NCBI GenBank assembly: GCA_964016885.1
Contig: OZ024754.1
Span: 45,508,001 to 45,572,000 of the forward strand
Direction of reading: 5' to 3'
DNA from: Eledone cirrhosa
Taxonomy: Eukaryota
DNA length: 64,000 bases
Each line of letters opens with the position of its first letter. Within the stretch, counting starts at the first letter, position 1. Below the pieces are notes generated by a model. The model was not told where the DNA came from, did no database searches, and worked only from the letters and a program-made list of their open reading frames with translations. Shown here piece by piece: positions 18,005-36,097 of this stretch. A program made the translations under genes and the position numbers.

Positions 18005-18328
18005 TCTTGATTGTCGTTTTTGTGTGTTTGTTCGTTTGATCGTGTGCGCATGGTCGTTTGTTTGTATTCTGCTTTGTATTTGTGTCTGGTAAAAAGAAAG
18101 AGAAAGATAATGGCAGAAAGTTCCAGAGAATGAAGGAGTGAATAAAAAGTTAAAGAGAAAAGCAAAAGAGTCCGTAATCTTAGCATCAAAGATGTCGCTT
18201 TTACTTCCTTTTTCCAAGACAATAGCATTTAGAACGTAACCTCAATTAATGTTCTCTTAGAAAAAAAATGTATTAAAAATAGATGTTACGTGCAGACGGG
18301 AATGTTGGTATATATCTATATATTTTAC

Positions 18329-18361
<33 letters not shown>

Positions 18362-18519
18362 TGTATAAATATGGGTACGTGTGCGTGTTTTTGTTTCAGT
18401 TTATTTATCTATCTGTTCATATGCATATATATGTGTGTAATTATACACACATATGCATAAATATTTATACAGTGCAGGCCCTGTCTCTCTCTTTCTCTCC
18501 TGTTATATTACCAAAGAGT

Positions 18520-19106
18520 TATAAGATTGACAAGTCGACCCTAAATATGACTAATAGCTCTAGGAATGCTATGAACGACAGCACATTAACTTTGATTTTT
18601 AAAGTAGGTTTATAATTATTAATTTTCATTATACTTCTGTAGCTGTCTCGGTGAAGATATCATAGACGGTGGTGATCAATGACCAGGATTGAACCCAAGA
18701 GCAGGATCACACCGTCTCTAGTATCTACCGCTAGTGCACAGAGACAACTACGAAAATGTACTGAAAATTCATACTTATAAACCTACTTTCAAAATTTTCA
18801 ATACAAAATCATGGGGTACCGTTCATTCCTTTCTTAATGTTATTGCTCCTACTGAAGGTCGACTTCTAAATCATTTCGGTGTTCCATAAACTACTTACTC
18901 GTTTTGTTTCTCATCTATCTAGACTATATTTTAACCTGTAATCCATGTTTCATTTCTGTTGCACCTCATTTCTCCACTTCCTCTCTCTCTCACTCACTCT
19001 CTCTCTCTTCTTCTCTCTGTGATATTTGTATCTATGATTTGGGGTTACCTTATAGCTATAGATATGTTTTTGCATGTCAGTTTGATTTATACGTACAATG
19101 ATTGGC

Positions 19107-19108
<2 letters not shown>
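18520..19108. mobile_element. Fold-back repeat with tRNA-like heads, centre-deleted copy
   Basis: Homologous to 50775-51375. Diverged inverted arms: AAGTCGACC/GGTCGACTT, AAAGTAGGTTTATAA/TTATAAACCTACTTT, GTAG.TGTCTC/GAGACAACTAC. Confidence 0.7.
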
Positions 19109-21464
<2,356 letters not shown>

Positions 21465-22061
21465 TGGTGGCTGCCAACTCGTTTTCGAGTACGGCCACTA
21501 CTTTATATCCATGTAGGAGAACCCCTACCGATGCGCTGAACGAATGTGACTTTTTAGTCCAGCCAGCGACTTGAAAACTCTGGCACAAAAACTACACTTG
21601 TGACCATTATTGACACATAGTGCAGGGCACATGGTACCATGTGATGACAAGTGCAGAGAGATCTGCAGATATAAAGCAATGCCTGTGCCGTGAAGCTTTT
21701 ATAGTGAGCAAAGGCAGTCCCACTCTCTTAACCACAATGATATTTACCAAAAAGAAGAACAAGTCAACATCATTGGATACCATCAGGTTTGCAGGTGTTA
21801 TATCAGAGTTTTCCTTCTCCTAGAATTCTGCCTTGACAAAGGCTAAGGGGTCATCTCTCCCGGTGATGTTGGATGGCTATTGAGTCTTAAGAGCTCCCCT
21901 GCCCTTTGACAGGTTTTGTTTTTAGTCCTGCAGGATGTCCAAAGTCACCCTCCTCACCAAGAAACCTTGGTGGGGTTACCAGTTTAGTCGCTAACGACCC
22001 GACCATGAGACAGGTTGTACTGGGATACATGTTACCAGTAGCACCAACTGGTGACCTGACA
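21465..22061 (-). mobile_element. Probable RTE-clade LINE 5' region or derived non-autonomous element, inserted in a TA/CATA array
   Basis: ~600-bp GC-balanced island between two TA arrays. Its minus-strand 5' end has an HDV-like fold. The motif CTAGGAGAAGGAAAACTCTGA (21803-21823, -) resembles RTE 5' UTRs as recalled, unverified. Confidence 0.5.
21979..22056 (-). ncRNA. Candidate degenerate HDV-like ribozyme
   Basis: Minus strand GGTCA..(hairpin)..CCAGT ACAACCTGTCTCA TGGTC GGG TCG-TTAG-CGA CTAA ACTGG: P2 CCAGT/ACTGG, P4 hairpin, J4/2 CTAA, partial P1. P3/P1.1 are imperfect. Confidence 0.4.
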
Positions 22062-22080
22062 ATAATACATACATATATAC

Positions 22081-22115
<35 letters not shown>

Positions 22116-22612
22116 CATATATATATACATATATATATACATACATATATACATATATATATACATACATATATACATATATATACATACAAATATACAT
22201 ATATATACATACATATACATACATACATATACATATATATATATATACACACATATACATATATATATATATATACACACATATACATATATATATATAT
22301 ATACACACATATACATATATATATATACACACATATACATATATATATATACATACATATATATATATACATACATATATATACATATATATATATACAT
22401 ATACATATACATATACATATATATACATATACATATATATATATACATATACATATATATATATACATATACATATATATACATATATATACATATACAT
22501 ATACATATATATATATACATATATATATATACATATACATATATACATATACATATACATATATATATATACATATATATATATACATATACATATATAT
22601 ACATATATATAC

Positions 22613-22679
<67 letters not shown>

Positions 22680-22800
22680 TATACATATATATATATATAC
22701 ATATATATATACATATATATACATATATATATATTTACATATATATACATATATATATATTTACATATATATACATATATATATATTTACATATATATAC

Positions 22801-22835
<35 letters not shown>

Positions 22836-23050
22836 CATATATATACATATATATATATTTACATATATATACATATATATATATATATACATATATATAC
22901 ATATATATATATATATACATATATATACATATATATATATTTACATATATATACATATATATATATTTACATATATATACATATATATATATTTACATAT
23001 ATATACATATATATATATTTACATATATATATACATATATATATATTTAC

Positions 23051-23093
<43 letters not shown>

Positions 23094-23184
23094 TATACAT
23101 ATATATATATTTACATATATATATACATATATATATATATATATTTACATATATATATATAATTACATATATATATATATTTAC

Positions 23185-23220
<36 letters not shown>

Positions 23221-23380
23221 TTACATATATATATATATATTTACATATATATATATATATTTACATATATATATATATATTTACATATATATATATATAT
23301 ATTTACATATATATATATATTTACATATATATATATACACATATATATATATATTGACATATATATATATATATATATAT
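22062..23380. repeat. (TA)n/(CATA)n variant array with a TTTACA sub-domain
   Basis: Direct reading. Confidence 0.97.
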
Positions 23381-24134
23381 GGAATAAAAACATCGGAAAA
23401 TCGATGAAATACCACTGGAGACGGATTTCTCCAGAGAGAGGCACCTGTGAGGAAAGAAATTGCACATCACATATTCCGTCCTTTTAGGAAATGCTAATTC
23501 AGTAGCTTGGTGTAATCAAAGTCGTTTATTTTAGAGGCGCAACCTCAGTTCGGCCGCTTGTATTCGCGATCATATTCTTTCAATCATTACCAAAGATTCA
23601 AGACCAAAGGAGAGGGTTGGAAGGAATAATGAATTGAAGATAGCGAGTTTGATTTTTAAGTCTACCTCCGTCTTCTGATTGCAGGTAGTAAAACCTGTGA
23701 CACATTAATTTTTATAACAGTGAGCTAGTTCTCTACTTGTCGTATGGTCTTATTAGTGGTTTTTGATTGCGAGAGCATGTGTCTTACCTCTGTAGGGCTG
23801 ATATACTATGAAGTATATGTTGTACCATGAATAACTATAAATTGTTGTAAAATAATGTTAAGGATGATTGAAGACGAGTTGATTTTATCGAGGATGACAT
23901 GTTAAAACTACAAGACTCTGGTCACGTGGACGATTTAATACGTGTTCTTATATATTCAATACACTGAATTCAAATATATAAAGTAAAATTAATTTTTTTA
24001 TGATTATATCAGCGCACCAGCTGACCTTATCAAACTTATCGAGAATTGCTTTAGGAAACTGTGTACTTGTGTGAAGCAATACAATAATGCTAGAAAATGT
24101 ATATATTTATATATATACATTTATATATATATAC

Positions 24135-24178
<44 letters not shown>

Positions 24179-24184
24179 GTATAT

Positions 24185-25497
24185 ATAACTTTGAATAACT
24201 TTGAAATGTTTTGGCCAGTATTGGCCCAGGCCATGTCTAACTTAATAGCACCACCTGGCGAAGTCTTTCAATTCAGGATTTGGGCACCATGGCCCATTCC
24301 AGAAGAGAATTACTGTTTGCAGAGACATATCCGGGTGTGGGTGGTTTGTCCGGGATTACTTGGAGGAATTTGTCCAAAGACTTCTTGAATTTTGTGAGGT
24401 CAGTTTCTGTTTTGACGTGTCCTGGTGTGATGTTGAAGAGAGCAGGGCCAATTGAGGTGAAATAATTGTGCCGTATTGTTGTTATGAGTTGCGATTTAGA
24501 TTTTTGTTTGGGACGGATAGCCCGGGGCCCAAGCCTTGGGTGTATTTTGAAGGTGATGCCAACATCATTTGGGCAGTGATGATGGAACATTTTCCACATG
24601 ATGCAGATAATATAACGCTCACGGCGACGTTGGAGTGAGTAAAGTTTCAGCTTTTCTAGTCGACCCCAGTAGTCAAGGTCTGACATGCCATCTATCTTTT
24701 TCGTGATTGCCCTTTGAGGAGCTTCAAGTTTCATGATACTTTGTTTTGTGTGGGGAGACCACAGTGGACAACAGTATTCAAGGTGTGGTCGGGCAAAAGT
24801 AGAGAAGAGAAGGATAATGGTGTGGGAATCTCTCGACTGGAAGGTTCTGAGGATCCAGGAACACATTCTGCGGGCCATGTCAACTTTGCTGCTTATATGC
24901 GTGGCCCAGCTTATGTTGCTGTCCACGGTTACTCCCAAGTCTCTGATGTTGTTAGATGCCACGCGAGTTTCACCGAAGGGAGTACGGGAGTTTCAGAGCA
25001 TCCTCTTTTTCCAAAGTGGATCAGTTCGAATTTGTCTTCGTTCAGTAACATGTTGTTCTTTTCCGCCCATTGGGTAACAGCCAGTAGGTCTGACTGAAGG
25101 CTTATCCTGTCATCCACGCCATTGATGACCTTTTGGAGCTTGGAATCATCAGCGAAAATTTTAATGTTGCTGTGTTTGATGATGTCAGTGATGTCATTAA
25201 TATAGATGATGAAGAGAAGTGGGCCCAACACAGTGCCTTGTGGGACCCCACTACTGACTTTGGCTGGGCTGGATTTGACTCCTTCAACTACAACATGTTG
25301 GGTTCTGTTTGACAGGAAGCTCTTGATCCACTGCAGCAGCTTTCCAGTGACACCAATATTGGACAGTTTTCTCAGTAGAATGTTGTGATCAACCCTGTCA
25401 AAGGCCTTGCTGAAATCAAGGTAGATAACATCAGTGTTGGAACCCTCTCCCAGGGCTCTCAAAATGTCATCAAAGTGATGCAGTAGCTGCGTCAGGC
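24185..25497 (-). mobile_element. 5'-truncated CR1-group LINE (reverse transcriptase, frameshifted)
   Basis: YLDFSKAFDRV, SGVPQGTVLGPLLF, FADDSKL, RDLGVTVD, RPHLEYCCPLWSP, LYSLQRRRER. Frameshift near 24960-25010. 3' tail of two TCAAAGTTAT units. Confidence 0.93.
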
Positions 25498-25500
25498 ACG

Positions 25501-25549
<49 letters not shown>

Positions 25550-25624
25550 ATAATAATTTTTAAAAAAATCACTCACAACACACACGTATATATATGGAGA
25601 GAGAGAGATGAATATGAATGTCAC

Positions 25625-25708
25625 TGTGTTAGTGTATGTGTGTGTACGTGTTTCAACCTTGTGTTAGTGTATGTGTGTGTACGTCTTTCAACCTTGTGTT
25701 AGTGTATA
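25625..25708. repeat. ~35-bp tandem repeat, ~2.4 copies
   Basis: TGTGTTAGTGTATGTGTGTGTACGT.TTTCAACCT repeated. Confidence 0.85.
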
Positions 25709-25818
25709 AGCCATACAAAGTAATTTAATTAACATGAACCTACACTAATTTAAACTCGCTATTCTTTGGGTTTTTCCGTAAGAACATTCGATATATACAT
25801 ATATACTATAATGTAATA

Positions 25819-25852
<34 letters not shown>

Positions 25853-26109
25853 CATTTTTACAATATATATATATATATGTAAGTATATTACATGTAATGT
25901 CTATTTATTGATGAACAGTACAAATGTAACGTTAGCCTGCGCTCTGGTGTATAAGCTAATGCCTGTGGACAGATCTGAACAAATGTATTTTTAATTAATT
26001 AATGTATTAATAGGTGTACGTGTGTCTAGGTATATGTGTGTCTGTTTGTGTTTTAGCGTGTGAGCATATGTGTGTGTAGATATATATATATATATGTAAA
26101 GTATGTACG

Positions 26110-26184
<75 letters not shown>

Positions 26185-27031
26185 CGGTGGATGGGTGATT
26201 GTGTGTTTGAGTGTTTGTGTCTTTCTGTTGATGTGTGTGTGTGTTTGTGTGGTGTGATGGCGGCGCATGCCAATAATTTATTCATAAAGGAGTCAGTCCG
26301 TCTAAATTCGGACAGCAATGAAAAACGAGATACTTGAACGAACAAAAAAATATATTCTAGAGAACCAATGGGCAAGGATAGACAGAAATAGAACGATTGT
26401 GAGATAGGAGACGTAGAATGTGAGAGAAACAAAACGCTTCAGATGAGAGGGGTTATATTTGCGGATTAGGAACGGTCAAAATTCTTCGAAAAAGTTATAA
26501 CGTCTAGTCTGAACAAAAAAAAATACTTAAATAAATTAGATGGCCACATCTAGAAATAACCTCTTAATTGGCCATTCCGACACAGCTGCTATTTCAAAGC
26601 ATTATATAAAAGATTTTCTTTGAGTTATCATTTTTTGTTCATATTCTCTTCCTTTTACCCTGGTGATTATTGTTGTTTCCATTGTTTAATGGTGTTTAGA
26701 GTAACTCGGTTCAGTTATTGTCATTGTTATTGTCGCTGTTGCAGCAAGGTTTAGTGTTGTGGTTTCTGTCGTTGGTGTAGTTCTAATAATGTGTTGTTGA
26801 TTCTGTTATAGTTTGGCTCATTGATAAATATACACACACACACATATATATATAAATATATAAAATATGTATATATATAAAATATATAATATATATATAT
26901 ATATACATACACACACAGACGCATATATATAGACACACACATATATACATATATATATGTACATATATATGTATATATACATACACACACATACTTACGT
27001 ATACAGTATATATATATATATATAATATATA

Positions 27032-27071
<40 letters not shown>

Positions 27072-27348
27072 CGTAAGATGCAATATATAAACTGTTATTT
27101 CAATTAGCAAAAACAAATATTTGGAAAGTGCTTAAAAGCAAATGAAATATAAAGAATATGAGAAGATACGTCAATAGAGATGTCACTTGTCAAAGTGACA
27201 AAATGATCTGCCATTTCTCGTATTTCATCAAAGAAAGAAATATACTGCCTAACTCCTGAGAAGATCGCGCAATATATATATAAGCTTTTGCATTATATAT
27301 ACACATATATACATATATATATATATATATTATTCTAAATAATTAATG

Positions 27349-27525
27349 TTCCATGGCCCACGATATATCGAATGCAGGAACACAATTGTCAGCCTGAAGG
27401 AAATATCTGTGACGTTGTCCTCTGTGTGGTTGTTAGATTCCAGGCAGAAAATGTAGTGTCGAACTTAATGTTTGTGATCTGTGTGTGTGTGAATCACGTT
27501 ACCATGGAAATAAATGTCCTCATGG
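27349..27525 (+). pseudogene. Possible decayed EGF-like repeat fragment
   Basis: Across frameshifts: FHGPR..., CQPEGNICDVVLC..RF(H)GRKC, SVELNVCDLCVCESRYHGNKC. The C.C...YHG..C ending is typical of EGF domains. Confidence 0.38.
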
Positions 27526-27817
27526 ATCCGCAAGATCACACATCGTGTCCTGCTCTACCTTCCGTATATACATAAAGTAAACCACTTCGACACGATATCA
27601 TGGATTCATTAAAGAAATCTTGAAACTGCTCAACCTGGGACAACCATCCAGGAGAAGAATGAAGAAATGTAAATAGCATGCAACAACAACAACACGGAAT
27701 TCCTGACATATTATTTTAGATTATCTATCATGAAGAGATGGGAGTTGTAATATCTGGACTATGGTCTGCTTTGATTATCTCAGCTGACGACTTTTAATCA
27801 CACTTTCGTAGCTATCT

Positions 27818-28003
27818 CGATTGGCAGTATCAGTACAGGGTCGGACGCCATGCTTTGCAGCATAGAGTAACGGCCCTTGCCATTCTGAGTTCAAATCCCG
27901 CCGAGGTTAACTTTGCCTTTCATCCTTACGGGGTCGATAAAATAAAGTACCAGTATTGCACTGCATAATTGCTGGCCTTGTGCCAAAAGTAGAAACAATT
28001 ATT
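27818..28003 (+). mobile_element. tRNA-derived SINE, near full length
   Basis: A-box-like TGGCAGTATCAG, B box GAGTTCAAATCCC, conserved core GCCTTTCATCCTTACGGGGTCGATAAAATAAAGTACCAG (resembles the Meta/MESC SINE domain as recalled), 3' GAAACAATTATT. Confidence 0.88.
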
Positions 28004-28164
28004 TTACTGGAAAATTGATTCTAGAGATGAATACAGAATTACGGTGAGATTTGAAACAGATCATTGATGTTAGCACCAGAGAAGTCCATCCCAAAATAGA
28101 CTGAAACAACGGACGAATTATATGAGATATTTTCTAAAAAGTGAAAATTTCTGTCTATTTCTTT

Positions 28165-28485
28165 GACATGAATGCCCTCTTGCTACACCTGGTCAAATTC
28201 CTGTAGATTGTTGCCAACTTTAGTAATATGATATTACATGAAACATTACTAGCAATAATCTCACAATTCTCTGATCTAATAATATGCCAAAATATATTTC
28301 TCATGAATACATATATTAGGAAGAAACGGTCACCAAGAGTGGAAAATTCCGTTTAACTCAGTTATAAGAATTCTTCTCACATACCAACAAATACCAAAAG
28401 TAGAATCATTATCCAGCTGTATGTCAATAACAATCTCTACGGGAAATTTCCAATAGTTAACTAATGTAATGAATTGGGATATTCG
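28165..28485 (-). pseudogene. Possible decayed DEG/ENaC channel fragment
   Basis: SQFITLVNYWKFPVEIVIDIQLDNDSTF-GIC resembles the post-TM1 motif QF..L...Y..YPV...I......L.FPAVTIC. Downstream, across frameshifts, KVGNNLQEF..RCS.EGI.C resembles GH.LE.M...C.F.G..C. Confidence 0.42.
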
Positions 28486-28617
28486 TTCATATTCATACTT
28501 TCGGTATAAATCTTTCAAATATTTCCTCCCAGAAAACAAAGGCACCGAGAAGTAAGTTTTATCTCAATAGCTTGAGATATGAATTAAGCTAAGATAACAC
28601 GATATGAGTAGAACACA

Positions 28618-28619
<2 letters not shown>

Positions 28620-28658
<39 letters not shown>

Positions 28659-28744
28659 GGGGAGAGAGAGAGAGACGGAGAGGGAGAGAGAGAGAGAGAG
28701 AGACGGAGAGGGAGAGAGAGAGAGAGAAAGAGGGAAAGACACAC

Positions 28745-28825
<81 letters not shown>
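28620..28825. repeat. (AG)n microsatellite
   Basis: Direct reading. Confidence 0.97.
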
Positions 28826-28828
<3 letters not shown>

Positions 28829-29118
28829 CAAGACCAATAGAGATGTAATTAGATATTCTATTTAGAAAATACATATACTATTATTTTCATGGCGAAAAGT
28901 AAATACATTTAGGATGTTTCAATTCAATATGAGTTCTCTCCATTGATATTCCTATGTAACGAATATAAACAAATTTCCTTTTACAAATGTTGTGCATTTG
29001 TACATCTGCATTTCCTAGGCTTGTATTTACTCGCATTTTCATGTTCCAAACAAAGACGTGTTAGTATTTGAATAGGTTTTAAAAGAAATTATATACGTGT
29101 ATATATACAATATATATA

Positions 29119-29191
29119 TATAATTGTTTCTACTTTTGGCACAAGGCCAGCAAATACTCAGTGTATTACTGGTACTTTATTTTATCGACCC
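29119..29191 (-). mobile_element. SINE 3' fragment
   Basis: AATTGTTTCTACTTTTGGCACAAGGCCAGC...GGTACTTTATTTTATCGACCC matches 45057-45130. Confidence 0.8.
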
Positions 29192-29284
29192 ATAATATAA
29201 TATGTGTATATAAATATATATACATATATATAATAGTAAGGAGTATAATTGAAGTAGCAGCTGCAAGTTCTCTCTCTATATATA

Positions 29285-29311
<27 letters not shown>

Positions 29312-29315
<4 letters not shown>

Positions 29316-29542
29316 CGTATACATGGATATATATATATATACGTATACATGGATATATATATATACGTATACATGGATATATATATATATATACGTATAC
29401 ATGGATATATATATATATACGTATACCTGGATATATATATATACGTATACATGGATATATATATATATATATATATACGTATACATGGATATATATATAT
29501 ATATATACGTATACATGGATATATATATATATACGTATACAT

Positions 29543-29546
<4 letters not shown>
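29312..29546. repeat. Minisatellite TACGTATACATGGA(TA)n, ~9 units
   Basis: Direct reading. Confidence 0.9.
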
Positions 29547-29597
<51 letters not shown>

Positions 29598-30009
29598 TCT
29601 CCTTAGATATATTTGGGAAAGATTCTCAATTTTGCAGATAATCAGTAAAAATATTCACTTCCCATCTTACCATGCAATGTTTACACTGATCATACTAATA
29701 TACTTCCAGTGTAAATAATAATGAACCACATATATAAATATATGATGATGATGAGGTATGAATTCGTATATTAAAACAAGCATACAAAAACAAACACACA
29801 GGTACACACCCATATATATATACATACAGGAATATATACATACAAATATACATATGAACGGAGATAGATACATACATATATACATACATACACACATACA
29901 TGTCTATACATTCGTGTTTGCATGTTCCTGTATACGTATCTCGAAAGAGATAGAAAAAAGTAGAACGGCATACACAGAAACACGTGTGTCCAAATATATA
30001 AACACACAT

Positions 30010-30248
30010 ATATATATATATTTCATATTAGCAATGTACAAGATGTAGTATATATATATATATATCATTTAGCAATGTACAAGATGTATATATATATACA
30101 ATTCAAGAAGATGTATATATATATATATATATCATTTTAGCAATGTACAAGATGTATATATATATATACAATTCAAGAAGATGTATATATATATTATATA
30201 TATATATTTTAGCAATGTACAAGATGTATATATATATACAATTCAAGA

Positions 30249-30290
<42 letters not shown>

Positions 30291-30329
30291 AGCAATGTAC
30301 AAGATGTATATATATACAATTCAAGAAGA

Positions 30330-30379
<50 letters not shown>

Positions 30380-30419
30380 AGCAATGTACAAGATGTATAT
30401 ATATATACAATTCAAGAAG

Positions 30420-30472
<53 letters not shown>

Positions 30473-30511
30473 AGCAATGTACAAGGATGTATATATATAT
30501 ACAATTCGAGA

Positions 30512-30547
<36 letters not shown>

Positions 30548-30585
30548 AGCAATGTACAAGATGTATATATATATACAATTCAAGA

Positions 30586-30644
<59 letters not shown>

Positions 30645-30690
30645 TTTAGCAATGTACAAGATGTATATATATATACAATTCAAGAAGATG

Positions 30691-30723
<33 letters not shown>

Positions 30724-31040
30724 ATATATACATATATATATACATATATATACAATTCAAGAAGATGTATTATATATATACATATATATATATATATACA
30801 TATATATATAACATATATATACAATTCAAGAAGATGTATATATATATATATATATATATACATATATATATACATATATATTATATATACATATATATAT
30901 TACATATATACACATATATATACAATTCAAGAAGATGTATATATATATATTATATATATATACATATATATATACATATATATATATATATACATATATA
31001 TATACACATATATACATATATAATATATATATATATTTAC

Positions 31041-31081
<41 letters not shown>

Positions 31082-31315
31082 TATATACATATATACATAT
31101 ACATATATATATACACATATATACATATATATATATATATTATATACATATATAGATACACATATATACATATATATATATATATATATACATATACACA
31201 TATATATATACATATATACATATACATATATATATACACATATACATATATATATATATATATATTTACATATATATATACATATATATACATATATATA
31301 TATATACATATTTAC

Positions 31316-31384
<69 letters not shown>

Positions 31385-31393
31385 CATATTTCA

Positions 31394-31425
<32 letters not shown>

Positions 31426-31580
31426 CATATTTATACATATACATATATATACATATACATATTTACATATATATACATATACATATTTACATATATATAC
31501 ATATATATATTATATATATACATATATATATTATATATATACATATAATATATATATATATACATATAATATATATATAC

Positions 31581-31614
<34 letters not shown>

Positions 31615-32036
31615 CATACATATATATATACATACATATATATATACATACATATATATATACATACATATATATATACATACATATATATATACATATA
31701 TATATATATATACATACATATATATATAATACATATATATATACATACATATATACATATATATATATACATACATATATAATACATATATATATATATA
31801 CATACATATATATATACATATATATATATATACATACATATATATATACATACATATTTATATACATATATATATATATAACATATATATACATATACAT
31901 ATACAAATACATATACATATATATAGTATATATATACTATATATATACATATACATATACATATATATATATAAATATACATATACATATATACATATAT
32001 AATATATATACATATATATACATATATATTATATAC

Positions 32037-32067
<31 letters not shown>

Positions 32068-32294
32068 CATAAATATTATAAATATACATATATATTATAT
32101 ATACATATATATATATATCTACATATATATATATACTATTTATATACATATATATATACATATATATATATATACATATATACATATATACATATATATA
32201 TATACATATATATATACTATTATATATACATATATATATATATATACATATATACATATATATATATATACATATATACATATATATATATATA

Positions 32295-32341
<47 letters not shown>

Positions 32342-32358
32342 AGTATATTATATACATA

Positions 32359-32404
<46 letters not shown>

Positions 32405-32508
32405 ATATATATATTATACATATATATACATATATATATACATATATATATACATATATACATATATATTATATATATATACATCTTGTACATTGCTAAT
32501 ATGAAATA
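30010..32508. repeat. Compound satellite: TTTTAGCAATGTACAAGATG(TA)nCAATTCAAGAAGA(TA)n units grading into a CATA/TA array
   Basis: About ten AGCAATGTACAAG units at 30020-30700. Inverted copy of the first unit at 32480-32508. Confidence 0.92.
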
Positions 32509-32747
32509 AACCATATCATTGTTCTAAATGATTATATATTCCATATATTTGTTGGCACATATATCTAATTGTTGGACCAATAACAATACCATGTATAGTC
32601 CCTTTGTTTCAAAAATGTTGTATAATTTATATAACGTATCCAGTGTTTCAAAATCTACATACATATGTTGTACTGTGTGTCGAAGATATTTCGCCTCCTG
32701 TCCTTTACATATACTGATATTTGATATATGGAATGCAGGGGACTTAC

Positions 32748-32871
32748 ATTATGTTGCCACATTATATTTTCATATGAAAATCTCACGACGCACTTTTTAA
32801 TAGAGAATTCTTTGCACCAAGTTTCTGGCGTATTTTCTTTGTTACACTTGTTATAAGAAGGTGAACACATC
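32748..32871 (-). other. Possible Cys-rich exon cut by the assembly gap
   Basis: Open frame CSPSYNKCNKENTPETWCKEFSIKKCVVRFSYENIMWQHN followed directly by consensus donor GTAAGT (32747-32742). Confidence 0.25.
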
Positions 32872-33071
32872 NNNNNNNNNNNNNNNNNNNNNNNNNNNNN
32901 NNNNNNNNNNNNNNNNNNNNNNNNNNNNNNNNNNNNNNNNNNNNNNNNNNNNNNNNNNNNNNNNNNNNNNNNNNNNNNNNNNNNNNNNNNNNNNNNNNNN
33001 NNNNNNNNNNNNNNNNNNNNNNNNNNNNNNNNNNNNNNNNNNNNNNNNNNNNNNNNNNNNNNNNNNNNNNN
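32872..33071. other. Assembly gap (200 N)
   Basis: Run of N. Confidence 1.
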
Positions 33072-34780
<1,709 letters not shown>

Positions 34781-35194
34781 GTAAATGTGTGTGATTGAGT
34801 ATGTATATGTGTGTGTATGTGTGTGATTGAGTGTCTGTGTTTAAGACTATAAAAACATGCCAACTTACAAAGTTCTATCTGTTAACACTTTGTATCTATG
34901 GTGGAAGCAATTTTGGCGAAATCGTTGAGATCTCCAGCGGAGAACTGATGAAGGGAGAGTCCCGCAGTGCAAGTTATATCAAGAGTTTATGACATTTCTC
35001 TCTCTCCATCATTCTCTTCCTCTCCCCGCTTCTCCATCTCTCTCTTTATATATATATATAAATTTTTATGTGTGTGTTTACATATATACGTATATATTGT
35101 TATACACACACACATATATTTATATATATATACATATATATATACATATATATATATATATGTATATACTTATCCTCTCCGTAAAACCTCTGTT

Positions 35195-35250
35195 CTATCT
35201 TTATATGTGTGAATGCAAGTGTGGAGTTGCATTCACACATATAAAGATAG
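35195..35250. repeat. Perfect 24-bp inverted repeat with 8-nt loop
   Basis: CTATCTTTATATGTGTGAATGCAA gtgtggag TTGCATTCACACATATAAAGATAG. Confidence 0.9.
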
Positions 35251-35995
35251 TAAAACGAAGGACGTAAATAGCACACCGAATTTTCGACTTTCAATTAAAA
35301 TTCCGGAACCATCTCATCAGCAAAACCTTAGATCTTAAAAGCTACAACCCGTACTGTTTTCCCTGTTGAAACCACTGACCACGTGGGGCGCTAATTTCCA
35401 CTTGGTTTTGTTACATTAAAGTATACACAGTACTGTCTACAACCGTAAATAGCGCTCCAAGAAAATATTGTTTTCTAAGTATAATTTCTCCTATACAGCT
35501 TAACATTTCGTTTTCCTTTCATATTGATTTTTCGCATATATTTTCAAATAACTTATATCATTATTTTGGTCCTGATTTTTAAGAAATTCATTCAAAGATA
35601 CTTAAATGTAAGCAGATCACTGGCACATATATCTAGACATGAAATATAAAGATGTATTCAAACATGAATACATGCATATAGGCACACGTATAAAAGAAAT
35701 TACACACTTAATGTCCATATATATATATATATATATACACACAGATACACACGATCATACACACATACACATATGATCTTGCGACGTTGCGCCCCTATCC
35801 TACTCTCATCTATCATTTTATTTCTTTTTTCATTTCCCATTCTATCTCTGATAAAGGTCTAAGGTTCGTAAATGTAAAATTCTTTCCCTACACTACCAAG
35901 CGTTAAACTAATATATGCCTTCATTGTAATATAATTGTAAACTGTGGTATATATCTGTTAACATACACTCACATACATACACGAAGCAACACACA

Positions 35996-36041
<46 letters not shown>

Positions 36042-36097
36042 TGAGAGATAGATAAATAGATAGGTAGATAAATAGGTAGATAGATAGATAGATAGAT

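Noticed and set aside
30020-30700. Repeat-spacer pattern resembling a CRISPR array (also 29312-29546)
   Set aside because: Spacers are just variable TA tracts. Eukaryotic context and no cas genes.
34915-34965. GAAA...CTGATGA-AGGGAGAGTCCC as a hammerhead
   Set aside because: Stems cannot be closed consistently and no GAAA follows stem II.
35280-35330. Minus-strand CTGATGA...GAAAGTC (similar partial cores near 41110, 44090, 45262)
   Set aside because: Stem I or stem III is missing. Compatible with chance or too decayed to call.
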